Positions 18,101 through 27,800 are shown, counted from the first letter of the stretch. The stretch: DNA of 32,000 nucleotides from Candidatus Thorarchaeota archaeon (GCA_048882505.1 JBHLRO010000027.1:4940-36939), one strand, 5' to 3'. A program made the numbers and translations. Notes: generated by a model from the letters alone, not told the origin.

Positions 18101-18781
18101 TTAGGTTTTCTTTTTTTTTGAGAACCGATGGCTAGATAGAACAAAAAGCGTTGTGAATATCCATGTCCAGATAACTAGGATCCCAAAGAAGATGATTACT
18201 TTTTCATTTCTTCCTGGTAAGATTATTGCACCAAGAATGAATATATAAAAGATTAGGGGAAATGCAAAATACCCTTTCATTAGGTGAACAACCCAATCTT
18301 TGTAAGTTCGTTTTGCATGGAATCTGTAACGATTAATAGTCCTATCAATTGTGTTAATTAAGGATAAATCGTTATTTCGGATATTATACTTCTTTAAATT
18401 GGGCTTCTCCTCCTGTCTTATCCTTAGTAAAACGCGATCTACCCCCTTACCAATTGCTCTCCGATAATAAGTTATAAAGGCTAGAGTATGGAGAAAAGGG
18501 ACGGGAAACAGTAAGATACTGGCTAGCCAAAACTCTAGATTCTTAACTTCGAGGAAGGAAGAGAGAAAAGGATTCGGAAAAAAAAAATTAATAAATAACA
18601 AGACAATGAATACGAATACCGAACCCAATCCGTAGAAGACTAGATATAAAACAATCCATTTTTCAACAAGTATTGTGAGACCGGGAAGAGGAGGAGTTGA
18701 GGCTTGAAGTTCTTTAGACTCCCAATGATTGGGGAGGGGACGCCATCCCAAATATAATCCGCTTAATCCAAACAACATCAA
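18101..18781 (-). pseudogene. 5'-truncated paralogue M2 of the ~8-TM membrane family
   Basis: Aligns to the C-terminal ~60% of M1/M3 (LYLGWRP; FFPNPF; LFPVPFLHTLAFITYY). An in-frame TGA at 18782-18784 lies immediately upstream and the GWLIxxWDPxGW N-terminus is missing. Confidence 0.7.
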
Positions 18782-18962
18782 TCAAGCCATCATTATTGAA
18801 ATCAAGAAATTTTTCAATTGGTTCTCCCACAAACTCCACCTCAACACTTGTCTCATTGGAATTAATAGGGAGGGGAAGAGGAATACTTCCATGAATAGGT
18901 GTAATCATCAATAAAATGGAGGGAACTAGAAAAACAATAAGAACTCTTCGATAGCGAGACAG
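18714..18962 (-). pseudogene. Truncated secreted-protein 5' stub, copy A (CTG start, signal peptide, DFNNDGLID motif)
   Basis: GAGG RBS plus CTG 18962: LSRYRRVLIVFLVPSILLMITPIHG-SIPLPLPINSNETSVEVEFVGEPIEKFLDFNNDGLIDVVWI; it runs out of frame into M2. Confidence 0.6.
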
Positions 18963-19031
18963 GATGGATCCCTCAGTTTACGGTAATGATTAACTCGATG
19001 TCAGAATTTAAACTCTTCCATTTTTTCTAGA
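18858..19031 (-). repeat. Diverged ~170-bp repeat, copy A (promoter + SD + CTG + signal-peptide coding)
   Basis: TATA TTTAAAT at 19012-19006 preceded by AAGAG; homologous to 15451-15622. Confidence 0.75.
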
Positions 19032-19044
19032 ATGGACTAGGATT

Positions 19045-20136
19045 TCAATCTACCTTCCCTTTATAATCGCTCTCATTTATTAATCCGAATTTAAGTGCTA
19101 TAGTGGTGGAAAAAACTGGAATAAAGAGAAAAACCCAAGCCCATATTGCATAAATCAAACTTGGTAGCCATGAACCAGAGAACATCACATAAAATACTAT
19201 TAAGAAAATTGAATCAGCAAATGTTATCCAAGCAATCTCAAACCATCCTGCCTTCTTAAATTCTGTTTCTTCGTTTTGTCCACCACTGATTTCTTTTTGA
19301 TTATAATTTCCTTTTCTATTGGTATTAATCTGATTCATAGGTGTCCTTTTAAATTCATTTGCTTTAGATCGGCTTTCTATCAGATATAAATCCATTTTTG
19401 TTTTAATAGGTCGCCAATAGTATATTACAAATGAGACAGTATGCAGAAAGAGTCCCGGAAAGAAGATTAATGCTAGTCCAACTACTATATATTTTTCTTG
19501 ATCCTCAAAATAGTAAGAGGTGAATACATTAGGAAAAAGGGATCCAATGAACAGTAAAAGCATTATAAAGGAACTAATTCCAATAATATAAACAATAAAA
19601 TAAACTAATAACCATCTATAGGTAGGTATCTTGGCATCATCAAGATACTCTCGCCAAGCTTGGATTTCAGTTTCGTTTTCTACAGATGGTTCATACCATG
19701 AAAGATATACTCCTAATATCGCTAGAATCACAAATAATTCTATATAAACACCCCAAATAGGAACCCAAAAAGTTGGATCTCCGATAGAGACATTTGTTGA
19801 AAGAATTAGTCCAATAGGAATCGAAAATACACCCCATAATCCCAGTGCTGAAGCGAATGGGAGCGAAAAGAGTAAATAATATATTTTGTTGACCGTTTTT
19901 CTGCTGACTAAGATTTGTAAAGTAAAAATGGCAATCAAGCAGCTGAAAAAGAACATAATAGGTCCAAAGGATATCCCCGTAAAGTTGTTGGTATCCAACC
20001 ATCCCATGGGATCCCATCTTGTAATAAGCCATCCTAAGGTCGCAAGAAAAAATGAAAAAAAACCAAATAGGATAAAACCAGCTGAAATGGCGGTATAAAA
20101 TAAGAAAGAAGTTAATTTCTGTTTCAAAATTACCAT
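19045..20136 (-). CDS. Polytopic (~8 TM) membrane protein, paralogue M1
   Basis: ATG 20136 is 14 bp after the giant gene's TAG (the ORF track extends it to 20163); motifs GWLITRWDPMGW and FFPGLFLHTVSFVIYYWRPI. Confidence 0.85.
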   Translation of the reverse strand: MVILKQKLTSFLFYTAISAGFILFGFFSFFLATLGWLITRWDPMGWLDTNNFTGISFGPIMFFFSCLIAIFTLQILVSRKTVNKIYYLLFSLPFASALGLWGVFSIPIGLILSTNVSIGDPTFWVPIWGVYIELFVILAILGVYLSWYEPSVENETEIQAWREYLDDAKIPTYRWLLVYFIVYIIGISSFIMLLLFIGSLFPNVFTSYYFEDQEKYIVVGLALIFFPGLFLHTVSFVIYYWRPIKTKMDLYLIESRSKANEFKRTPMNQINTNRKGNYNQKEISGGQNEETEFKKAGWFEIAWITFADSIFLIVFYVMFSGSWLPSLIYAIWAWVFLFIPVFSTTIALKFGLINESDYKGKVD

Positions 20137-20150
20137 AATTATTAATCTAC

Positions 20151-23100
20151 CTATTCTGCCCACAACATAAATACTGCTGCCATACCCAAATCTAGAAATG
20201 TACCAATACCAAACAGTATTAATGATCTTTTGGTAGGTGATTTGAGAGAGGGAATATTATCCCAATTTATAAATCCATATTCTCGACCATGCCTTTTGCC
20301 CTCGTATCTATCTGCGTTCACAAGAAGATGCAATATTCCTGCTTGTAAAAAAAACAGAATATCTCCAGCAAGAACTGGATCATCATTCAAAAAATGCTTA
20401 ACAGCGGTTTCAGGCCCAAATATGGGAAAAATTATCCCCGCCATTGTAGCGATAGCAGCTACGATCTGTAATCCGTTAGAAAAAATAGCTTTGAATTGAT
20501 TCCACTTTAAACTCGTTTTCTTTTCTACTCTTGGTTCAAAAATTTGTTCAACTATTGGGATCTCGAAAAAGCTGCCCAGCATTGTTCCAATCTGATTAAA
20601 TAAAAATGAAAGAACATTAGCTCCTAAGTAATTGAACCTTACTCCATACTCCGAAATGATTGAACCAGGGAGATTCAAGAGAGGATTTCCCCCGACATAC
20701 GCCCAGTTTAGGGTTGCCCAAAACACTGACTCGATATCCATGACAAATGCTAGTAATTCACCAACTTCAGAAGCTGTTGCAATAACGCTATAAGATCTTG
20801 AAAGTATTGCTGTGAATAAAAAGATTGAAATCGAAGTTAACTTCTGTAAAGTAGAATGGTTATGCTCTCCTGGGGAATTGGAAAGAACAGATGAAAATGA
20901 ACCCCTGCCCCCGGTTTGATGAGCTGTCGGGAATATTGCTGTTGGATTAATTAAATACAGAAGACCCCCAATAAAGGTCGTACTTAGATCGAAAAAGGCT
21001 TTAAAAATTAGATTCTGAGAAGCTGATCTTAATCTGGTCATAAGAAAAGTCAGTAAGTCTCCCCACAATGAAAAATTCAATATATTTTCGAGTGATCCTA
21101 ATTGATGAATAATCCCAGAAAATGTAATTATGTTCTCTAATCCAGGCGAACTAAAATTCTCCACCAACTCAATAAAGCTATCTATGTGTTGATCACCCCA
21201 TGATTCAAGGTTTAAAATATTTGAAAAGGAAATTATGTTATTATTTCCCCACGATACAATTAATGCTTTGAAAGCAGTTGTTATTGTTATTTTCAAAAAT
21301 TCAGAAACTAACGTGAAAACCAAATCGGGTCCAATAAGACTCAGCAGGTCTTGGATGATACCGGGAAAAGCGAAAACCTGTTGTGCAACTTTTATCGTTT
21401 GATAAAATGAATCAGCCGGACCTAACATGGTAGCAACATTAGTAGCAAGAGGTTTGATCACTTCTTTAAGATTGACACTACTGAAGGAAGCTTCTAGTCT
21501 TTGTATTATTGTTGTCCAATCTGTATTTTCAAAAATATTGAGAAAAATCTCCTTAACATAATTCTTATAAATTCCAATGATGGGTAATTCTCCCGTTAAC
21601 GCTTGTGTCATAATTGTCAGAACCACTTTCACCGTGGTTACTGCCACCTCTTTGATGACTTCTACAACGGAGCCTAAGGCGGGCGCAATAAGTTGATCCC
21701 ACACATTCAACAGGAAATTCACCACCCCCACTGCTAGCCCCACCAATGTAGTAATTATGGCTGCTACAATTAGAAGAGCAGCTGCGATAAGCGCCCCAAT
21801 AAAGTTCACCAGATCCTCAAAGAATTGTTCAATACCACTCTTTGCATCGGGAAAGCCAAGCCTTGTGGTTATATTCAGACGACCATAAACAGAGGCAACA
21901 AATTCTGGGTTGGCTTCTAATTGCTGCTTGTTATAATTTAATAAAGTAACCAGATCTGCCGCTAACTGATTAACATAGGTTAATCTTTCATGACCTGGGT
22001 CTTCTGGACCATGCTCTCTTCTCCACGGTCTTAATTTCATACTAAGCCAAAGAGTTAAGAAATCGGTTTTTGAGAGATCATAAGGGGTTCTTACTCGGTA
22101 TACTGTAATAATTGGTAAAGGTATAATGTCATCGCTCCAATTAATACCAAGCCAGTCATCGTATTGTCTGATTGCGATTGTTGTGGTATCAAATAATCCA
22201 CTTTCAAGTTCATCTTTCGTAAAAGAAACGACAGGAGATGTTACCTCATACCCTCTCACTAAGTCAATACCAAAGGGAACATCGTGGTAGATATGGGCAT
22301 AATCAGCCACCATTGTATAGGTATTACCCGATTTCGAAAATGCCCCCGAATCTTCAATGTAGGCGCGGAAAATCTTAAACCGTGCATTATTAAACGCATT
22401 TGAGGAGATAAAAGCGGTATTTTCTGGGCCTACATTCTGTATCATTTCCTTAGCGTCGTATGCGGGAGAAACTGAGGTTTCACTCCTGTAATAAAGCCCG
22501 TTGCCTGGGAATTCTACCCGAATTTGTGACTGATACGTTTCATAGGAATAGCGCCCTTTTCCAGATGTATCTAGTGAACGGATGGCCAATAGGTTGTTTG
22601 AGGCATCATAGATGTTGACCCGATGAGTCGTTGCAACAAGGGATCCACCTTGCCTATCTAATAACATTGGAGGATCCTTCTTCAAAGTTTCTGCCAGATT
22701 GAATTCGATAGTCCAGGGGGGATCATTTTCGGGGGCTTCTCGATCAATGGAGAGGGAAGCATCCATTAAGGTAGTTCGTGAATAGGCGGCGGTCAGGGGA
22801 GTGCCATGGATGTATTCTTCATAATCCGTTAATCCATCACTGTCAGTATCAGTGGCCTGGGGGTTACTTCTGGCTTCATATTCTTTGGCATCAGTTAAGC
22901 CATCGTGGTCGGTATCCGTCAGAAGCGGATTGGAAAACACATGCTGTGTATGGTAGGCCGTGCTAGATCCTTGCAGTAGGACGGTGATGTTCCAACCATA
23001 GACTTCCAGGCCATCTTGGAGGGAATCATCATCAGTATCATCATCGGTGGGATCTGTATTAACTAGGAATTCACCTATGCCCGTGCTGGCTTGGTACCCA

Positions 23101-26100
23101 TCCCATAACCCATCATTATCTGTGTCAGAACGCGCAGGATCCGTTCCATAAGTCGATTCTTGACTATCTACGATCCAATCATCGTCCGTGTCTGCCAGGG
23201 TCTCATCGGTGCCCAACTGTGCTTCCAGGACATTGGAGACACTATCCCCGTCGTCATCCCAAAACACCACTAAGGGGTGTTGTTCCGCAGCGCCGACATT
23301 ACTTGGATCCTTGACTTGGAGTAGAAGGGTATGCTGGCCATGGGTCAGGGAAGAGAGATCCAAATCAAGCAGAATCTTGCCATCAGTGACGGAGTGCCAG
23401 GCCTGATTTTCTAGGAGCTCGAGAGGCGTGTTCATCGCGTTGGTGATAGCATATCGGAACTGTAATGCCTGATAATCAAGAACAGTATCGATCGCGGTAG
23501 CATGAATTCGAAAAGCTGAGGGCGCACTTCCATAGATTAAATGTGGGGTGAAACTTACCTTTGGTAATTGATTGTTGACGATGATCTGAAATCCTTGGCT
23601 TGTCTGACGGCCTTCGGAATCAGTGACGGTCAGAATGCCGTGGTAAGACCCATCATTCAAAAACAAGTTAAGACGGCTTTGTGACACATAGATGTCATCA
23701 ATTTGCCACTGATACGCTAAATAGGGGACTTGAAAGGCACTATCTGTGACTTGGGCTTCAATTAGCGTGGTCACACCTTCATTCATCTGGATTTGGGCAG
23801 CTAGTTGAATCTGAGGGGCGGGATTTTGAACCCAAACCACGAATTCGACGGTATCATTCGCGGCATTATCATCTAAAATGGTCAAAGTTCCCCGATAGAC
23901 CCCACTGTGATAATATCGATGGGTGGTCAGCGCGGAGTAGCCAGAGTGCGAGTCTCCATCCCCAAAATCCCAAATAAATCGCAGACTATCTCGATCAGAC
24001 AGGCTATCAGAGGATGTTGAGGCATTGAATACTAACGCGGAACCCACCTCAATCGATTGGCCTAGGGCGTGTTCTACATAGCCTGTGGGCCTGACGTTAT
24101 CGACCTCGACTAAAATCCCTCGAGTGGTATTATACTGAGCTCCTTGGACAGTCAGTTCCACCAGGTACAATCCTGCGGTAACGAAGGTATGAGTGACCCT
24201 CGGACTGGCAGTGATCTGGGTCGTTCCATCACCGAACTGCCAGTGATAGACTAGGAGCTGCTGATCTATGGGTGAAGAGAGCACTTGCGCATCGAATGTA
24301 ATGAGCTCGTCTTCCCAGGCCTGGCCGACTCCCCGATCAATGCTCGAATTAATCGCTTGGATGCGTGGCGCACTCCCTGCCAGATGATATCCTTCAGAAG
24401 GGCCAAACGGGGCTTCAAACAGATAAGTGGAGTTCCTACTTCCTCCATCTTCATCTAAAATTCGGAAGGTTAAAAGAAAATAAGGGGGGGTGTCGTTCAT
24501 CGCAAAATTCTGGGTAAGAATGGTGACCCCTTGATTGGGGCCGACTGTTGAGGCCAGGATGGTCAGATTAACCTGGTCGGTGGGGTGAATCACTTCCAGG
24601 GTGAGATCGTCCTGGCCAGGGTCATAGAAATTGATGTGATAATCTATCGGAAATCCGGTGACGAAGGGCTGGAGGGGGAGCCGCCAAAGATATCCTTCCG
24701 GTGAATTATAATTAAAAGTATGTTCGAACAGCCAAGAACTGCCCGTCGAGAAATTCAAATAAAGATGTACGGGATCCGCACCCTGGGGTTGGCCATTAAC
24801 AGGGTCATTCTCAGGGGTATATAAGACTTCTACTCGCCAAAGATGCGTTAAATCCAGGGTTACAAACGGGTAGAATAATGATTGGTTCCAAGGATTAGTA
24901 GCATTCCGATAAATGATGTCATTTAATAATATTTGATCAGTTTCATCGAGTAATTTTAATTCAGCATCATGCCATTTTTCCCCAGTCATAAGGAGAGTTA
25001 GGTTAAAAGTAAGGGTGGTCGCTACTAAGCTTGCACTGGGAGCGACGTTATAGAATGTGACGTGCGACTCACGGGTCACACTTGCCCCATTATCATCCGT
25101 TAGGGTGCCCGTAACTCTTAAATCTTGTTCATCAAAATAAGTCCAGCTGACAGTCTGGCCCCTTTTATTTTCTAAAAACCACCGATAGCTTAGGCGGGGT
25201 TGATCGCTTGGGGTATCTTGGCCTTGAGAATGGCTAATTAGGGTCTGGCCTTCGGGGAGGAGGGTCCGATTCAGTTCGATTTGACTCCAAAACGGAAGTT
25301 GGTTCTCGACGGTGATTACGGTTGAGACCTCAGCTTGCCCTCCACTCGGATCCCTGACAGTTAACCTTACCTGATAGATACCCTCCTCAGTATATTGATG
25401 CTGGACAGTCGGGCCCGATCCAAGTGTTCCGTCTCCGAAATTCCACCCAAACAGCAAAGATCCTACATCTGATGGCGAGTCGGTGGTCTCTTGGGCATCA
25501 AAAACCACTGTTTGGTCTTCGGTACTTTCGGTAGCATTGACCTGCATGGTGGCACTGGGTAGGACGTTCTCGACCCGAAGAGATCGTGAACTCATGCCAA
25601 CCAAGCCTTGGTCATCAATGGCTTGGAGAGTGACCTCATAAGTCCCGGCCTCGGTATAAGTGTGCGTAACTGCGGAACCATTGGCTGATTGCCCGTCTCC
25701 GAAGAGCCATTGATACTGCATGGCCGCTACATCGCCTGGGGAGTCCACAATGGAGGTCACGGAGAAAGGAACGACTTCGTCTTCCCAGACCTCGCTCTTT
25801 TCCAGCTCGAATGTGACGGTTGGCCCTTCATTTTGAACCGTGACAGCCACAACTTTTAGATGGGTTAGGACGCGGCCGAGTTCGCCCACCGCTTTAATAC
25901 CGGTTACCGAGACAAGAAATCCACCTTCAATGGCAAATGCATGGTAGACTGTGGTTGTGACCGGATCCACCGTCACGGGAGGAGTACCGTCATGAAAATC
26001 GAAAATAAACTGACTGACAGCCCCTTCAATGGATGTCAGCCGAAAGGAAACGGCTTCGCCCACATCAACGACGGACGGGGAGGCTTCCACCGAGAAATCA

Positions 26101-26219
26101 AACTCATGGAGTTCTGATTGGAGGATTTTACTCCCTATGTTAAATACCAAAATGCCCATGATTAGTGTAGTGCTCAAAGATAGGTAAATCTTTTTATCTG
26201 GCAGGAACCCCCTCTTCAT
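20151..26219 (-). CDS. 2022-aa secreted/surface protein: PKD/Ig array, Ca-binding DxDxDG repeats, hydrophobic helical C-terminal region
   Basis: Signal-like N-terminus; repeated W-x-FGDG / THTY...G.Y.V.L motifs; GTDP...DTDxDGLxD repeats; many NxS/T sequons; several long hydrophobic helices after about aa 1465. Confidence 0.9.
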   Translation of the reverse strand: MKRGFLPDKKIYLSLSTTLIMGILVFNIGSKILQSELHEFDFSVEASPSVVDVGEAVSFRLTSIEGAVSQFIFDFHDGTPPVTVDPVTTTVYHAFAIEGGFLVSVTGIKAVGELGRVLTHLKVVAVTVQNEGPTVTFELEKSEVWEDEVVPFSVTSIVDSPGDVAAMQYQWLFGDGQSANGSAVTHTYTEAGTYEVTLQAIDDQGLVGMSSRSLRVENVLPSATMQVNATESTEDQTVVFDAQETTDSPSDVGSLLFGWNFGDGTLGSGPTVQHQYTEEGIYQVRLTVRDPSGGQAEVSTVITVENQLPFWSQIELNRTLLPEGQTLISHSQGQDTPSDQPRLSYRWFLENKRGQTVSWTYFDEQDLRVTGTLTDDNGASVTRESHVTFYNVAPSASLVATTLTFNLTLLMTGEKWHDAELKLLDETDQILLNDIIYRNATNPWNQSLFYPFVTLDLTHLWRVEVLYTPENDPVNGQPQGADPVHLYLNFSTGSSWLFEHTFNYNSPEGYLWRLPLQPFVTGFPIDYHINFYDPGQDDLTLEVIHPTDQVNLTILASTVGPNQGVTILTQNFAMNDTPPYFLLTFRILDEDGGSRNSTYLFEAPFGPSEGYHLAGSAPRIQAINSSIDRGVGQAWEDELITFDAQVLSSPIDQQLLVYHWQFGDGTTQITASPRVTHTFVTAGLYLVELTVQGAQYNTTRGILVEVDNVRPTGYVEHALGQSIEVGSALVFNASTSSDSLSDRDSLRFIWDFGDGDSHSGYSALTTHRYYHSGVYRGTLTILDDNAANDTVEFVVWVQNPAPQIQLAAQIQMNEGVTTLIEAQVTDSAFQVPYLAYQWQIDDIYVSQSRLNLFLNDGSYHGILTVTDSEGRQTSQGFQIIVNNQLPKVSFTPHLIYGSAPSAFRIHATAIDTVLDYQALQFRYAITNAMNTPLELLENQAWHSVTDGKILLDLDLSSLTHGQHTLLLQVKDPSNVGAAEQHPLVVFWDDDGDSVSNVLEAQLGTDETLADTDDDWIVDSQESTYGTDPARSDTDNDGLWDGYQASTGIGEFLVNTDPTDDDTDDDSLQDGLEVYGWNITVLLQGSSTAYHTQHVFSNPLLTDTDHDGLTDAKEYEARSNPQATDTDSDGLTDYEEYIHGTPLTAAYSRTTLMDASLSIDREAPENDPPWTIEFNLAETLKKDPPMLLDRQGGSLVATTHRVNIYDASNNLLAIRSLDTSGKGRYSYETYQSQIRVEFPGNGLYYRSETSVSPAYDAKEMIQNVGPENTAFISSNAFNNARFKIFRAYIEDSGAFSKSGNTYTMVADYAHIYHDVPFGIDLVRGYEVTSPVVSFTKDELESGLFDTTTIAIRQYDDWLGINWSDDIIPLPIITVYRVRTPYDLSKTDFLTLWLSMKLRPWRREHGPEDPGHERLTYVNQLAADLVTLLNYNKQQLEANPEFVASVYGRLNITTRLGFPDAKSGIEQFFEDLVNFIGALIAAALLIVAAIITTLVGLAVGVVNFLLNVWDQLIAPALGSVVEVIKEVAVTTVKVVLTIMTQALTGELPIIGIYKNYVKEIFLNIFENTDWTTIIQRLEASFSSVNLKEVIKPLATNVATMLGPADSFYQTIKVAQQVFAFPGIIQDLLSLIGPDLVFTLVSEFLKITITTAFKALIVSWGNNNIISFSNILNLESWGDQHIDSFIELVENFSSPGLENIITFSGIIHQLGSLENILNFSLWGDLLTFLMTRLRSASQNLIFKAFFDLSTTFIGGLLYLINPTAIFPTAHQTGGRGSFSSVLSNSPGEHNHSTLQKLTSISIFLFTAILSRSYSVIATASEVGELLAFVMDIESVFWATLNWAYVGGNPLLNLPGSIISEYGVRFNYLGANVLSFLFNQIGTMLGSFFEIPIVEQIFEPRVEKKTSLKWNQFKAIFSNGLQIVAAIATMAGIIFPIFGPETAVKHFLNDDPVLAGDILFFLQAGILHLLVNADRYEGKRHGREYGFINWDNIPSLKSPTKRSLILFGIGTFLDLGMAAVFMLWAE
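22800..23258 (-). repeat. Six tandem Ca-binding-type (bacterial TSP3-like) repeats within the giant protein
   Basis: DDDGDS, DTDDDW, DTDNDG, DTDDDS, DTDHDG and DTDSDG, spaced by GTDP/TDP/SNP motifs. Confidence 0.85.
23260..26097 (-). repeat. About 9 PKD/Ig-like beta-sandwich repeats within the giant protein
   Basis: FDFHDG, QWLFGDG, GWNFGDG, HWQFGDG and IWDFGDG, plus degenerate units linked by V(E/D/Q/N)NxxP. Confidence 0.85.
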
Positions 26220-26988
26220 ATGAACTTACAAGTTTCAGGGATCGGATTCGTTCCAGCTTGGTTCGAAATAGAGAATTGCGTCTTTATATACGCCAGCTGA
26301 ATAAACTGTCCGCAGATAGGGAGGAAAACGTGATGAATGACTTGAGAATTCGTCCCCAAAATTTGAAGAAACCGACTCAATGGTTGCACATGGTCAAAGA
26401 TTGAAATTTTCTGAGGTAAAAATGAAAAAAACTGAAAAAACTCTAGTTTCAGAGTAAACACAGACATGAACCGGGTTCCTGCTCCACAAACAAGTGGGGA
26501 TACACTTAGTCGGAAGTCGATACCTCAGACCTTTATTGTGGAATTCCAATTTAACCTCCCAAAATAGCTAATTCCAATCAAAAATAGAAATGATTAGATG
26601 AACTAGGATTCTAAAACTTTTTTACCACTTAACTTTTCCTGATTTTTCGATTGATTTATTCTACTATTAATTTATTAATCGCAGGTTCATTTGATTATAC
26701 CAGGAAATATAATCGGACTTGGCCTAATAATCCATTTAACGAATCAAATTTCGTCCAAAACACCCTCTAACCCTGACCCCCTATATTCTTTGTAGATGGT
26801 TGTGAGATTTCTGCAGCAAGATTCTCTAAACAAAATGATTACCACTTCTTAGAAAAAACTTCTAGGAGGTAAGCAGCCAGCAATTAAGCATTCAAACAAA
26901 TATGGAAACGATTATAATTACACGGACTGCTCATTAGCATTTTTATGCAGTACCAAAAGTACACTTTGATTTAGCACCAATCCCTCAA

Positions 26989-27800
26989 TCATGTTAACCA
27001 GTATCGCAAGAAAAGTTTTCCTATCTCCTCACGGTACGGATTCAAACTGGACTCCAAAACCAGTCGGAAGGGATGAGGTTTGGTCCAAATGCGTTCTGTC
27101 CGAACCACACGAGTCATGGATGTCAAGATAGGACCCTTTCGAAGAATCGGGTTGGTAACCTCCAAGTACGGATTTAGAAACGAGAATAGAGTCTCTGACT
27201 CTAGGAGTTGTCTGTTTAATAAACCCCTGAAAATCAAACTCTAGCGATACGGAAAGGAACTCTACCTCGACGGATCAATAGGCTCAGGCCAACGATTCCT
27301 GAGGAGATTTCCAGAATTATAGAGGATTTGTACTTCGATATTCTACCAATAACCTTAAAATCACCAAATAATAGGATAAATCGAGAGTGATTGGCCAATG
27401 ACGTCTCTAGCCCTCCAAGAGGTTGGGTCTCAAACCCTCCCGTGATGATGATTTTGAGTTCCAAGGCCACCTCTCGTTCTTCTCCTGGTCATAATCTTTT
27501 CAAGGAGATTTTACCTGATCGTCTTTGCGGATTCGGGTGCTTCTCTCTGGGATACTGCGGATCCCATGACATGGGGACACAAAATCATTGAGAAGCGGGG
27601 TTTATCATTTATTTCCCATGCTTTATTGAATACTATAACTCCTAAGTAGGTTTCTTGGGATACTATTAAAGCGGTTAAGTCTGATTGTTCGGCTAAAATC
27701 CGATCCTTTTCCGGAATATCCAAGGGTGAAATCTTACCCTAACCCGCCGAGAACTAGTATGGCTTCTTACATTTTTTTCCCGAATCTGATATGTTCGCAG
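26989..27800 (-). pseudogene. Probable decayed gene split into three short frameshifted ORFs
   Basis: ORFs 27511-27723, 27234-27470 and 26989-27237 are consecutive, same strand and in different frames; the LKRL*PGEEREVALEL segment spans an in-frame TGA. No family recognised. Confidence 0.4.

Noticed and set aside
26216-26467. 83-aa ORF overlapping the giant gene start (ATGA)
   Set aside because: The overlap is suggestive, but the sequence is low-complexity, has no motif, and a TATATAAAG promoter candidate (26290-26282) lies inside it.
7113-27490. Genome-wide UGA recoding, suggested by in-frame TGAs at 7158, 18782 and about 27490
   Set aside because: Intact genes end in TGA at their expected C-termini (SCP2 1473, flavin reductase 4495, ACT 11270, ABC ATPase 28677), so the standard code applies.
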